Shown: piece by piece, positions 1-9,552 of the stretch
Numbering within the stretch: position 1 is the first letter of the stretch
Layout of the letters: each line of letters begins with the position of its first letter
Assembly: GCA_913052575.1 (NCBI GenBank)
Contig: CAJXFK010000004.1
Span: 1 to 63,011 of the forward strand
Length of the DNA: 63,011 nt
Direction of reading: 5' to 3'
DNA from: an uncultured Planctomycetaceae bacterium
GTDB lineage: Bacteria > Planctomycetota > Planctomycetia > Pirellulales > UBA1268
Translations under genes and position numbers: made by a program
Notes under the pieces: model-generated
What the model saw: the letters and a program-made list of their open reading frames with translations, nothing else
Told to the model about the DNA's origin: nothing
Databases searched by the model: none

Positions 1-30
1 ATTGTGAGTCTGGCAAGTGAGGTAATTTGA
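1..30 (+). CDS. rplN: 50S ribosomal protein L14, C-terminal fragment (partial)
   Basis: Frame 1 reads IVSLASEVI-stop, matching the L14 C-terminus; the TGA overlaps the rplX ATG (TGATG); canonical gene order. Confidence 0.85.
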   Translation: MVSLASEVI

Positions 31-362
31 TGTTGATTCGTACAGGTGACACAGTCGAGGTTCGGTCGGGTAACTCGCGAGGTACCCGTGCCCGTGTCCT
101 TTCGGTTGATTCTGCTAGCGGCAAACTTGTCGTAGAGGGAGTGAATCGGGTCTATCGCCATATAAAAAGAAGTCAGAAGAACCCTCAAGGGGGACGGCTC
201 AGCAAAGAGATGCCAATCAGTGCATCAAATGTTTTGTTCTTCTGTTCGGCTTGCGGGAAGGCGTCGCGGCTTGGTGTTACTTTGGCTGATGGGTCAAAAA
301 AACGGGTTTGCCGGAAGTGTGGTAGTGAGCAGGGCGAGATTGGCCGGACAAAGAACGGGTGA
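30..362 (+). CDS. rplX: 50S ribosomal protein L24
   Basis: KOW motif GDTVEVRSG, VVEGVN, EMPISASNV; position in spc operon. Confidence 0.97.
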   Translation: MLIRTGDTVEVRSGNSRGTRARVLSVDSASGKLVVEGVNRVYRHIKRSQKNPQGGRLSKEMPISASNVLFFCSACGKASRLGVTLADGSKKRVCRKCGSEQGEIGRTKNG

Positions 363-472
363 ATGGAGTTGGCTGCACGTTGTGGTTAGTTGGGTAGTGT
401 TTCGGTTGGTGACGTATACGGTTCGGTAAGGTCGGCGGGTTTACGGATACGGTTGTATTAAGGAAGTTGGAA

Positions 473-1093
473 ATGGCAAAAAAGTCAAAAGCTGTAAAAG
501 TTTCGAGTAGTGAGTCTGAGTCGGGAACACCGAGACTCCAGGAGCTCTATAGCAATACGGTTCGTCCAGCACTCGCAGAAGAACTTTCCAGAAAGAATCC
601 TCATTCGATTCCACGGCTTGAGAAGATTGTGGTCAATATGGGTGTTGGAACCGCTGTCACGGAGAAAAAACATCTCGAAGAAGCAATGGCTGCACTCGGC
701 CAGATCGCGGGCCAAAAGCCTGTTGCAACGTTGTCTCGGAAGGCTGTTTCCGGATTCAAACTGCGAGAAGATCTGCCGATCGGCTGCAAAGTAACGCTGA
801 GAGGTCGCAGAATGTATGAGTTCCTCGACCGTCTCATTTCGATGGCTCTTCCCAGAGTGAGAGATTTTCGGGGCTTGTCAGAGACTGCGTTTGATGGCTG
901 TGGGAATTACAGCCTTGGTCTGTCTGAGCAGATGGTTTTTCCAGAGATTAACCCAGACAAGTTCTCTCGTCAGCAGGGTATGAATATCACCCTCGTGACC
1001 ACGGCACATAGCGATGATGATGCCCGAGTTTTGTTGCGAGCTATGGGTCTCCCAATGAAGAAAACCGAGAAGGAAGGAGGAACTGCGGCGTAG
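473..1093 (+). CDS. rplE: 50S ribosomal protein L5
   Basis: [29 protein letters not shown] motifs. Confidence 0.98.
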   Translation: MAKKSKAVKVSSSESESGTPRLQELYSNTVRPALAEELSRKNPHSIPRLEKIVVNMGVGTAVTEKKHLEEAMAALGQIAGQKPVATLSRKAVSGFKLREDLPIGCKVTLRGRRMYEFLDRLISMALPRVRDFRGLSETAFDGCGNYSLGLSEQMVFPEINPDKFSRQQGMNITLVTTAHSDDDARVLLRAMGLPMKKTEKEGGTAA

Positions 1094-1150
1094 CAGTTCT
1101 GCAAATAACCTCATGCCGTCGGCAATAGCTGCTGACGGTTGGTAAAGATT

Positions 1151-1336
1151 ATGGCAAGTAAATCCAAAATTGCCGCTGCAAAGCGGCCACCAAAATTTTC
1201 GACCCGAACTATTCGTCGATGCATGCTGTGTGGCAGGCCTCGAGCGGTGTACCGCAAGTTTGGAACCTGTCGCATTTGTTTCCGGAAGTTGGCTGATCAA
1301 GGCAATATTCCGGGTGTTCGTAAGGCCAGTTGGTAG
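1151..1336 (+). CDS. rpsN: 30S ribosomal protein S14, zinc-binding (type Z) form
   Basis: 61 aa, RCMLCGRPR...CRICFR (two CxxC), GVRKASW end. Confidence 0.97.
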   Translation: MASKSKIAAAKRPPKFSTRTIRRCMLCGRPRAVYRKFGTCRICFRKLADQGNIPGVRKASW

Positions 1337-1348
1337 GAACGAAATCAT

Positions 1349-1744
1349 ATGATGACCGACCCGATAGCCGACATGCTCACTCGTATCCGCAACGCCGTTC
1401 GTGTTGAACGGCCAACGGTAGACGTGCCCTTTTCGAAGGTAAAGCGTGGCCTGGCTGATGTACTTAAAAAAGAAGGATTCATTTGGGACTGGCGAGAAGT
1501 CGAGTCTACGCCGGCTCCGGTGCTCCAACTCGAATTAAAATACGGTCCGAATGGTGAGCGGTTAATCCGTCATATTAAGAGGATTAGTACACCAGGACGA
1601 CGTGTCTATAGCCGGTCAGCTCGTCTGCGACCCATCCTTGGCGGGCTTGGTATATCGATCCTCTCAACCTCGAGTGGTGTTGTGAGTGATAGAGAAGCTA
1701 GGCAGCGGAAGCTTGGTGGTGAAGTTTTGTGTGAGCTGTGGTGA
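1349..1744 (+). CDS. rpsH: 30S ribosomal protein S8
   Basis: MTDPIADMLTRIRNA, STPGRRVY, GGEVLC. Confidence 0.98.
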   Translation: MMTDPIADMLTRIRNAVRVERPTVDVPFSKVKRGLADVLKKEGFIWDWREVESTPAPVLQLELKYGPNGERLIRHIKRISTPGRRVYSRSARLRPILGGLGISILSTSSGVVSDREARQRKLGGEVLCELW

Positions 1745-1826
1745 TTTTTAGATAAGCAATTGTCAGTATGTAAAGATCGACTCAGATTGTTTGATTGTGT
1801 CTGAGTAGAGAGAAAGGTTTTTCAGT

Positions 1827-2372
1827 ATGTCAAGAATAGGTAAAGCACCCGTTGCCATCCCTCAAGGTGTCAATGTGAAGGTTGACAGCCGGCTCGTGTC
1901 GGTTGAAGGCCCGCTTGGCAAGTTGGAACATGAGCATCACCCTGCAGTGAGTGTGGACGTCGACGCTTCTGCTGCACTGGTTCGCGTCTCGAGAGGTGAT
2001 GACGCGAAGCTTTCGAGATCACTGCATGGGCTGACTCGATCGTTGGTAAATAATATGGTTGAGGGCGTGACAAAGGGATATGAGAAGCGGCTTGAGATCG
2101 TTGGAGTGGGCTACTTGGCGGTTTTGCAGAAAGACATACTGCAACTGCGAGTCGGGTTTGCTAACGAGCTCCATGTTCCTGTACCAAAGGGCTTGAACGT
2201 AACGTGTCCTGAACAGACGCACATCAATATCAAAGGCATTGATAAACAATTGGTCGGGCAGTTCGCTGCTGAGGTTCGCTCGCTCCGAAAACCAGAACCA
2301 TACAAGGGAAAAGGTATTCGTTACGAAAACGAACAAGTCCGTCGTAAGGCAGGTAAAGCAGTCACAAAGTAA
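1827..2372 (+). CDS. rplF: 50S ribosomal protein L6
   Basis: [17 protein letters not shown]. Confidence 0.98.
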   Translation: MSRIGKAPVAIPQGVNVKVDSRLVSVEGPLGKLEHEHHPAVSVDVDASAALVRVSRGDDAKLSRSLHGLTRSLVNNMVEGVTKGYEKRLEIVGVGYLAVLQKDILQLRVGFANELHVPVPKGLNVTCPEQTHINIKGIDKQLVGQFAAEVRSLRKPEPYKGKGIRYENEQVRRKAGKAVTK

Positions 2373-2421
2373 CGCAAAGGCCAACACTTGCTGGTGGCGT
2401 GCTAATCGAGGAGAAATTAAA

Positions 2422-2790
2422 ATGGATCATGCGAAAGCAATATTGCGACAACGAAATCGTCGTCGTCATCGTGTTCGCAAACCGCTTCGGGGTACATCGG
2501 AGCGGCCAAGGCTAACTGTGCGCAGAAGTCACAAGCACATTTATGCTCAAGTTATTGATGATGCATCTGGCAAAACAGTCGTTGCAGCAGCAACAGTCGA
2601 GCCGCAACTCAAGTCAGAAGTGGCTTTTGGTGGGAATCGCAGTGCTGCTGTTGCTATTGGAAAAGCTGTTGCTGAACGTGCCAAAGCAGTTGGGGTATCA
2701 CGAGTCTGTTTTGATCGTGGCTCTTGTCGGTATCATGGTCGTGTTGCAGCATTAGCCGAGGCTGCACGTGAAGCAGGCCTAGAATTTTAA
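2422..2790 (+). CDS. rplR: 50S ribosomal protein L18
   Basis: [16 protein letters not shown], FDRGxxRYHGRV; start set at the ATG after the GAGGAG RBS. Confidence 0.97.
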   Translation: MDHAKAILRQRNRRRHRVRKPLRGTSERPRLTVRRSHKHIYAQVIDDASGKTVVAAATVEPQLKSEVAFGGNRSAAVAIGKAVAERAKAVGVSRVCFDRGSCRYHGRVAALAEAAREAGLEF

Positions 2791-2814
2791 GCAAAATTTT
2801 TTCAGGAGATTAGT

Positions 2815-3351
2815 GTGGCAGCAAAGTCATCAGGTGGAAGAGATTCCCGATCAGGTGGAAGAGAGTCTCGAGCAGGCGGCGAATTCACTGAAAGAGTGGT
2901 AAAGGTTCGTCGGTGTGCAACTGTTGTTAAAGGTGGCCGACGGTTTAGCTTTGCTGGCCTGGTGGTTGTTGGTAATGGAAAAGGCAAAGTTGGTTGTGGT
3001 TACGGGAAAGCGAATGAAGTACCGCCTGCGGTTGAAAAAGGAATCAAGGATGGCATGAAAAACTTGGTGGAAGTTCGGGTGACATCTGGAACTATCCCGC
3101 ACCGGGTTGAGGGATGTAGCGGAACGTCGAAAGTCATTCTGCTCCCTGCAAGCCCTGGTACAGGCATTATTGCTGGTGCTGCGGTGCGAGCTGTTTGTGA
3201 ATCAGCAGGTATTCAGGATGTGCTCACAAAGACTCACGGCTCCGTGAACCCTCTTAATCTTGTAAAGGCCACCATCGATGGCTTGAAGCAATTGCGTACT
3301 CTTGAAGAAGTCGAGCGGCTGCGTGGGGTTGCTCTCACAGAAAATTCATAA
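2815..3351 (+). CDS. rpsE: 30S ribosomal protein S5
   Basis: [30 protein letters not shown]; GTG start after AGGAG. Confidence 0.98.
   Translation: MAAKSSGGRDSRSGGRESRAGGEFTERVVKVRRCATVVKGGRRFSFAGLVVVGNGKGKVGCGYGKANEVPPAVEKGIKDGMKNLVEVRVTSGTIPHRVEGCSGTSKVILLPASPGTGIIAGAAVRAVCESAGIQDVLTKTHGSVNPLNLVKATIDGLKQLRTLEEVERLRGVALTENS
2830..2871 (+). repeat. 21-bp in-frame tandem duplication in the S5 N-terminal extension
   Basis: TCAGGTGGAAGAGATTCCCGA / TCAGGTGGAAGAGAGTCTCGA ([14 protein letters not shown]). Confidence 0.8.
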
Positions 3352-3402
3352 CTCAAATTGTATTAAAACTGTACGGAAAGAATTGATTAATTAGGTGATC
3401 TC

Positions 3403-3912
3403 ATGAGACTCAATGATATTAATAAAGGCGTCCACAAAAATCGCAAACGATCGCGAGTCGGCCGCGGTCCAGGGTCTGGCCATGGAAAGACATCGGGTAG
3501 AGGTCACAAAGGGCAGGGGCAGCTCGCTGGCTGGAGCGCACCCTCGATTTTTGAGGGTGGCAAAAGCCCTATTATTCGTCGAGTTCCAAAGCGTGGGTTT
3601 AATAATCGTCACGGCAGAATTGTGAAAAGCATAAACGTGGCTGATCTCGAGTCAGCATTTGAGTCGGGTGCAACAATTACTCCTGAACTCCTTCGTTCCT
3701 CTGGCGTGGCAAAAGGCATTTGGCACGAACTGAAGGTTTTGGGTGAAGGAAGTCTTTCAAAAAAATTGTCAGTTTCTGCCCATCGCTTCAGTAAGCAGGC
3801 ACGCGAGAAGATCATCGCGGCCGGAGGAAGTGTGAATGAGGTCCCTGGCCCGGCGGCTCTTGTAAAGGGACAGAAAAAAGCTCGTGATACGAAACAATCA
3901 GCATCGCCATAG
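3403..3912 (+). CDS. rplO: 50S ribosomal protein L15
   Basis: RVGRGPGSGHGKTSGRGHKGQ, FEGG, PKRGF. Confidence 0.98.
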   Translation: MRLNDINKGVHKNRKRSRVGRGPGSGHGKTSGRGHKGQGQLAGWSAPSIFEGGKSPIIRRVPKRGFNNRHGRIVKSINVADLESAFESGATITPELLRSSGVAKGIWHELKVLGEGSLSKKLSVSAHRFSKQAREKIIAAGGSVNEVPGPAALVKGQKKARDTKQSASP

Positions 3913-4081
3913 TGGAGTGGTTCAGGGTAGATTAAGGGCCTGAGGCAGTATGTTGTTGGGCTTGGCAAGATGCATTTTTACATTCTTGTCAGTTCATGAA
4001 ACATCCAATATTTTTTAATGCATTCGGAATGCTGACGGAACAGCGGAAGTTTTTCGGAATACAAGACAGGGAGTCGCTGAA

Positions 4082-5443
4082 GTGTTCGAAAAGATAAGAA
4101 TCATTTTTACGATTCCAGAGCTACGCCAAAAGATCTTATTAACTCTTGGGCTTCTTGCTATCTATCGAGTTGGATGGCAGGTTCCTCTGCCGATTGTTGA
4201 TCCTGCTGCGATGAGGGCTTTTGCAGAAGAATCTGGAGGCATAAGCGATCTTCTAAAGACCGTAGCGGTTTTTTCGGCGAGCCAGCTTTCTCAGGCAACC
4301 ATTTTTGGTCTTGGCATCATGCCATACATTTCGGCTTCAATTATTTTTCAGTTATTAGGCACAGTGTGGCCCCCGCTCGAGAAACTCCAGAAAGAGGGGG
4401 AGGCAGGGCGAAAGAAAATTAACGAATACACAAGGTATGCAACTGTCGGTATCTGCATTTTGCAAAGTTGGGCGTACGTTGCTTTCCTGTCGAATACTCG
4501 TATCGGTGAAGCATCTCTTATACAGCCAAGTTTTCTTGTAGAGGGGAGCCTGCCATTTTCTTGGCAGTTGGTTGCAGTGTTAACCATGACGGCTGGCACT
4601 GTTTTTCTCATGTGGCTCGGTGAGCAAATAGATGAATTCGGTATCGGTAATGGAATAAGCCTTCTGATCATGGCGGGAATTCTTGCCGCTATGCCAAGCG
4701 CGCTTGTGTCTCTTGCGGGAGACACAAGTTGGGAACTAGGCGGAGGCGGTGGGAAATTGGGTATCGAGACGATACTTGTCCTGGCCGCCCTCTTTGTTGG
4801 TGTCGTTGCTGGAGTAGTTTTCATGACTCAAGGGCAGAGACGAATTCCGACTCAGAGCGCAAAACACGTCCGGGGAAGAAGGGTGTACGGCGGCACTCGC
4901 CAATACCTTCCACTTCGTGTGAATCAGGCAGGAGTTATGCCCATTATCTTTGCGAGTTCGCTCCTGCTGTTTCCGCAGATGTTCTTTCAGTATCTGAGTA
5001 GTGCGTATCCTGGGAATACGGTGCTTGCGGCGCTTCACGACTCATTTACGCGAGGTCAATCGTATCTTTACAACATTTGCTACATAGCACTTATTTATTT
5101 CTTTTGTTACTTCTGGACGGCAATTACATTTAATCCAAAAGAGATGGCTGACAATCTGAAGAACTTCGGATCATTTATTCCTGGTTACAGGCCCGGAAAG
5201 AGAACTGCTGACTATTTAGAGCGGGTCATGGAGCGAATTACATATGTTGGAGCAGGATTTTTAGCTCTTGTTGCAGTAATTCCAACAATCGTGAGTGGAG
5301 CACTCGGTATCCCTGCCCAGATTGCAAGTTTCTATGGAGGGACGGGTTTATTGATCGCAGTAAGCGTGGCATTTGATTTGGTTCAAAAGATCGATAGTCA
5401 CCTTGTGATGCGGAATTACACAGGCCTTTTAGAAAAGTCGTAG
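4082..5443 (+). CDS. secY: Preprotein translocase subunit SecY
   Basis: LGIMPYISASII, WLGEQI, GIGNGISL, AGVMPIIFA, IPGYRPG, GGTGLLI. Confidence 0.99.
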   Translation: MFEKIRIIFTIPELRQKILLTLGLLAIYRVGWQVPLPIVDPAAMRAFAEESGGISDLLKTVAVFSASQLSQATIFGLGIMPYISASIIFQLLGTVWPPLEKLQKEGEAGRKKINEYTRYATVGICILQSWAYVAFLSNTRIGEASLIQPSFLVEGSLPFSWQLVAVLTMTAGTVFLMWLGEQIDEFGIGNGISLLIMAGILAAMPSALVSLAGDTSWELGGGGGKLGIETILVLAALFVGVVAGVVFMTQGQRRIPTQSAKHVRGRRVYGGTRQYLPLRVNQAGVMPIIFASSLLLFPQMFFQYLSSAYPGNTVLAALHDSFTRGQSYLYNICYIALIYFFCYFWTAITFNPKEMADNLKNFGSFIPGYRPGKRTADYLERVMERITYVGAGFLALVAVIPTIVSGALGIPAQIASFYGGTGLLIAVSVAFDLVQKIDSHLVMRNYTGLLEKS

Positions 5444-5541
5444 TTTCCATAGCCATTTTTGTAATGTTCATCTTTTTTGTTTGAGCTTTTTGACGTTGGC
5501 TTCATGCCTCTCTCAGTTTCATTCCTTGGTCTTTTAGTCCT

Positions 5542-6111
5542 ATGCGGATAATCCTGATTGGACCACCGGGAGCAGGTAAAGGGACGCAATGTCAGCGACT
5601 TGTGAATTTCCTTCGAGTGCCGCACCTTTCGACTGGAGAGATGTTACGTGATGCAATTGCCCGTAATACGGCGGAGGGGAAAGAAGCCTCCTCATTCATG
5701 AAAAACGGTCAGCTTGTTCCTGATCAACTCGTGCTTGGCTTAGTCACACGGCGTTTAAAGGATCAGGACTGCCGGAAAGGCTGTCTTCTTGATGGATTTC
5801 CGAGAACCATAAATCAGGCAGAAATGCTCGATGATCTCCTAGAGCGGCAGGCTATGAGTGTAGATGGGGTTATTGAGCTAGCCGTTCCACAAGAAGAACT
5901 TGTTCGTCGCATGCTTGCTCGAAAGCGTGAGGACGATAGTCCTGAAGTGTTTGCCCAGCGAATCGAAAGCTTTAGGAAACAAACTGCACCACTGCTAGAA
6001 TATTATGAATTGAAGGGAAAATTGGAGCGCGTGAATGGTATGGGTTCCGCTGATGATATCTTTGATCGAGTTCGGCAGGCGATCCGTGCATTTAGACGCG
6101 CAAAACGCTAG
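5542..6111 (+). CDS. adk: Adenylate kinase (short-LID type)
   Basis: GPPGAGKGTQ P-loop, LDGFPRT; 189 aa with the LID reduced to RKREDD. Confidence 0.97.
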   Translation: MRIILIGPPGAGKGTQCQRLVNFLRVPHLSTGEMLRDAIARNTAEGKEASSFMKNGQLVPDQLVLGLVTRRLKDQDCRKGCLLDGFPRTINQAEMLDDLLERQAMSVDGVIELAVPQEELVRRMLARKREDDSPEVFAQRIESFRKQTAPLLEYYELKGKLERVNGMGSADDIFDRVRQAIRAFRRAKR

Positions 6112-6226
6112 AACAGGTTTTCTCCAGACATCATGATTGGAAGTGCTGTGGATATGCTGTGAGAAAAGGTGTTGGCGGAGTTATTGTCTGTTTGTCTATG
6201 GGTGGTTGTGAAGAGGAAGCACTGAC

Positions 6227-7048
6227 ATGCTGAAGCTAAAATCGAGTCGAGAAATTGAGGCCATGCGAAATGCCGGTCTTGTTGTTTGGGAGGCCCATCA
6301 AATCGCGAAGCGTCTCGTTCGTCCTGGAGCTACGACTGGTGAGATTGATCAAGCTGTTGAACAATTTTTCCATAAGAAAAATGTAGTCCCTCTCTTTAAG
6401 GGTGTTCCCGGTCGAGTGCCTTTTCCCGCAGTTTGCTGCATCTCTGTAAATGACGAAGTCGTTCACGGTATTCCGGGTTCACGGAAGTTGCAGGAGGGTG
6501 ATATCATCAGCATCGATACAGGCTGCAAACTTAAAGGGTGGTGTGGTGATTGCGCCTATACCCATGCCGTCGGTCAAGTGACGGATGAAGTGCAGAAACT
6601 TCTAGACTGTACATCAGGTGTTCTTCAGCTAGCAATTAAACTCATGGGATCGAGGAGCCGCTGGGGAGATGTTGCATCAGAGATGGCCACCTTTGTTCGG
6701 GACTATGGGTTCTCCGTTGTTGAGAATTTTGTGGGGCATGGGATTGGCAAGAGCATGCATGAGGACCCTCAGGTACCAAACTTCTGCTCGCCCTCATTTC
6801 GTCGCAAGCATGATTTTGACTTAGAGCCAGGCCTCGTTATCGCGGTCGAGCCAATGGTGAACATAGGGACGAAAAAAGTCCACGTATTGCCAGATTTTTG
6901 GACCCAATCAACCAATGACGGTAGCTACAGTGCCCATTTCGAGCACACTATAGCCATGACGGAGGATGGGCCACTGGCGCTTACCGCAGCCCCTCAGTCT
7001 GATGAGGAAAAAAAGATGACTGGCGTTGTGACGACAACCGAAGGATGA
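6227..7048 (+). CDS. map: Methionine aminopeptidase type I
   Basis: SVNDEVVHGIPG, GHGIG, HEDP, EPMVN, HFEHT metal-ligand motifs. Confidence 0.97.
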   Translation: MLKLKSSREIEAMRNAGLVVWEAHQIAKRLVRPGATTGEIDQAVEQFFHKKNVVPLFKGVPGRVPFPAVCCISVNDEVVHGIPGSRKLQEGDIISIDTGCKLKGWCGDCAYTHAVGQVTDEVQKLLDCTSGVLQLAIKLMGSRSRWGDVASEMATFVRDYGFSVVENFVGHGIGKSMHEDPQVPNFCSPSFRRKHDFDLEPGLVIAVEPMVNIGTKKVHVLPDFWTQSTNDGSYSAHFEHTIAMTEDGPLALTAAPQSDEEKKMTGVVTTTEG

Positions 7049-7221
7049 CAAGCAGGGTCTAATCATGCCGCTTGACTGCTTGGAATTCGCTCGATAGCCG
7101 GAAATCTGTGTGCCTACTTGTGAAGCCCCGTTGCCGGTGGCTATACTTCGTAGCTTCGATTTGTCCAGATGGATTGTATTACTATTGCTGTGAGGTATGG
7201 CGCTACTGCGTCATGATTTCA

Positions 7222-7335
7222 ATGAAAGTGCGTGCCAGCGTCAAAAGGATTTGCGATAAATGCAAGATTGTCCGCCGTCGCGGAGTGGTCTTCGTTTTAT
7301 GCGATAATCCCCGGCATAAACAACGGCAAGGCTAG
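7222..7335 (+). CDS. rpmJ: 50S ribosomal protein L36 (zinc-ribbon form)
   Basis: [14 protein letters not shown]...[10 protein letters not shown], 37 aa; the upstream part of the ORF-track call is not L36-like. Confidence 0.97.
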   Translation: MKVRASVKRICDKCKIVRRRGVVFVLCDNPRHKQRQG

Positions 7336-7500
7336 TAAGCGATTGTGGAGAGTTCCCACGTCTGGTGAATTGAGTGTTTGAGTCAAAGTAATGATTGTTA
7401 GTATTTCGGTGATTGACCATCCCCAGAATGCCCTTTTACTGCAGGCTTGATACACGGTGTACCACAAATAGATTTGATTCGTTCCTGAAAGCATCCATTT

Positions 7501-7884
7501 ATGCCACGTTTGCTCGGTGTTGACATACCTTCCGACAAAAAGACTGTTTACTCACTCCAGTACCTCTACGGCGTGGGGCCTCGTGTTGCGAGAGAACTCT
7601 GTCGTAAGGCAGGGGTGAGCCCTGAATCTCAGGCTAGGGAACTCCATGAAGACGAGTTAGCGCGTATGGCTTCTCTGCTCGATAAAGATTACGTCGTTGA
7701 AGGGCAATTACGAAGACAGGTTGCACAGGGTGTTTCTCGACTGAAAGACATTGGTTGTTATCGTGGGCTTCGTCATAGACGTGGCTTGCCAGTTCGTGGT
7801 CAGCGCACACGAACAAATGCAAGAACTCGTAAAGGTCCTAAGAAAACGGTTGCTGGCAAGAAGGGCGTAAAGGATTTGAAGTAG
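7501..7884 (+). CDS. rpsM: 30S ribosomal protein S13
   Basis: YRGLRHRRGLPVRGQRTRTNARTRKG. Confidence 0.98.
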   Translation: MPRLLGVDIPSDKKTVYSLQYLYGVGPRVARELCRKAGVSPESQARELHEDELARMASLLDKDYVVEGQLRRQVAQGVSRLKDIGCYRGLRHRRGLPVRGQRTRTNARTRKGPKKTVAGKKGVKDLK

Positions 7885-8005
7885 TTTGCATCTTTTTGAA
7901 GATGTCGTGCTACAGACGAATCGTGAGAACGAGTGGAATCAGAACAACAGAATTTGACAGGAAGGAAATGGTAAGCCTGATCGGGTGAATCAGGACGACT
8001 GAATA

Positions 8006-8383
8006 ATGGCCAAGACTGCAAAAACAAAAAAGAAAAGCGTTTCGTCAGGAATTGCCTTCATTGACGCAACTTTTAATAACACGACGGTCACGATCACTGA
8101 CCAGCGAGGCGATACGCTTTGTTGGGCTAGTGGAGGAACATGTGGTTTCAAGGGTAGCCGTAAAGGCACGCCGTTCGCGGGTCAGATGGCTGCTCAACAG
8201 GCAGCAGAAAAAGCAGCAAAGTTTGGTGTGAAAGATCTTGAAGTCCGCGTAAAGGGGCCAGGCAGCGGTCGCGAAAGTGCGATTACTGCTTTTCAGGCTG
8301 CGGGCATGAATGTGAAGAGTATTGAAGACATTACTCCGCTGCCTCATAACGGTTGTCGCCCCCCAAAGAAGCGACGTGTTTAA
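8006..8383 (+). CDS. rpsK: 30S ribosomal protein S11
   Basis: [37 protein letters not shown]. Confidence 0.98.
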   Translation: MAKTAKTKKKSVSSGIAFIDATFNNTTVTITDQRGDTLCWASGGTCGFKGSRKGTPFAGQMAAQQAAEKAAKFGVKDLEVRVKGPGSGRESAITAFQAAGMNVKSIEDITPLPHNGCRPPKKRRV

Positions 8384-8473
8384 CAGCGAAATTAACTTTG
8401 ATGGACCAACTGTCGTCGATAGTTGAGTGCCTAAGATTGTGAATCGAAAACAAGAGGGACCAAGGAGAACCAG

Positions 8474-9502
8474 ATGCATATCCGCTGGAGAGGCCTAGAA
8501 CTACCGGGCTCTGTTGTCGCTGATAGTGCGACACTAACGAATACTTATGGCAAGTTTACGGCCGAACCTTTTGAAAGAGGTTTTGGGACGACTGTTGGAA
8601 ATAGTCTTCGACGAATCCTTTTGTCGAGTCTTGAGGGTAGTGCTGTAACCCAGATCAAACTTGGGGGCGCTCAGCATGAATTCACGACAATAAAAGGCGT
8701 TCAAGAAGATGTAACAGATATTGTTCTGGCAGTGAAAAGTCTTGTTGTTAAAAATCACAGTGATTCAACCCGTGTCGTCCGGGTTGAGAAGAGCCTGAAG
8801 GGTCCAATTACTGGTGCCGATGTTCAGGTGGACGAGTCTGTTGAAGTTGTGAGCAAGGATCTGGTTCTTGCCACGTTGACAGATGATGTCCCGTTCGAAC
8901 TTGAAATGGTGATTGAGAATGGCCGTGGGTATGTGCCGAGTAGCGAGCACAGTCCTGACGGACATGAAATAGGCATTATTCCAGTAGATGCTGTTTTTAG
9001 TCCGGTTACACGAGTCCGGTACGAAGTTGAAGAAACACGCGTCGGTCAAAAAACAAACTACGATAAGTTGACGCTCGAGGTCTGGACAGACGGTACCATC
9101 ACTCCAGAAATGGCATTGGTTGAGGCGGCTAAGATTCTGAGAAAGCACCTCAATCCGTTTGTGGGATACACCTCTCCAGGAGCGTCGATTCATGCGGCTG
9201 CGGGTGAAACTGGGTCTACAGGTGCTGGTTCTGGAGGTGCTGGAGTTCTTGATCTTGAGAAGCTTGAGGCTCCTCTCGACAGCCGCCTCGGAATGTTAAT
9301 TTCGCAGTTGAGTCTTTCGCACCGAGCTGAAAATAGTTTGATTCGAAATGACATTACGACTCTTGGCCAGTTGGTAAAGAAAACTCGCGACGAGGTTGCA
9401 AATTTACAAAGTGCAGGCGAGCAAACGCTGCAGGAAATCGAAGACAAGCTGAAAGAACTCGGTGTGTCATTTGGCATGGAGTCCATTGATACGCATTCCT
9501 GA
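8474..9502 (+). CDS. rpoA: DNA-directed RNA polymerase subunit alpha
   Basis: EPFERGFGTTVGNSLRRILLSS, DAVFSPV, TRVGQKTNYDKL, plus a C-terminal alpha-CTD. Confidence 0.98.
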   Translation: MHIRWRGLELPGSVVADSATLTNTYGKFTAEPFERGFGTTVGNSLRRILLSSLEGSAVTQIKLGGAQHEFTTIKGVQEDVTDIVLAVKSLVVKNHSDSTRVVRVEKSLKGPITGADVQVDESVEVVSKDLVLATLTDDVPFELEMVIENGRGYVPSSEHSPDGHEIGIIPVDAVFSPVTRVRYEVEETRVGQKTNYDKLTLEVWTDGTITPEMALVEAAKILRKHLNPFVGYTSPGASIHAAAGETGSTGAGSGGAGVLDLEKLEAPLDSRLGMLISQLSLSHRAENSLIRNDITTLGQLVKKTRDEVANLQSAGEQTLQEIEDKLKELGVSFGMESIDTHS

Positions 9503-9552
9503 GTCTCAAAAAGCAAAAACAAGTTACAGTAAAAGTAGAAAAGGGTGAATCA

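Noticed and set aside
878-1528. Long antisense ORFs (878-1528, 60428-61018, 28939-29433 and similar)
   Set aside because: Shadows of well-conserved genes on the opposite strand, with no recognisable motifs
2239-2421. Apparent N-terminal extensions in ORF-track calls (rplR, rpmJ, gyrA, dapF, MFS, Gpx, LysM protein)
   Set aside because: They overlap upstream genes or promoters, and better starts exist downstream, several with an RBS
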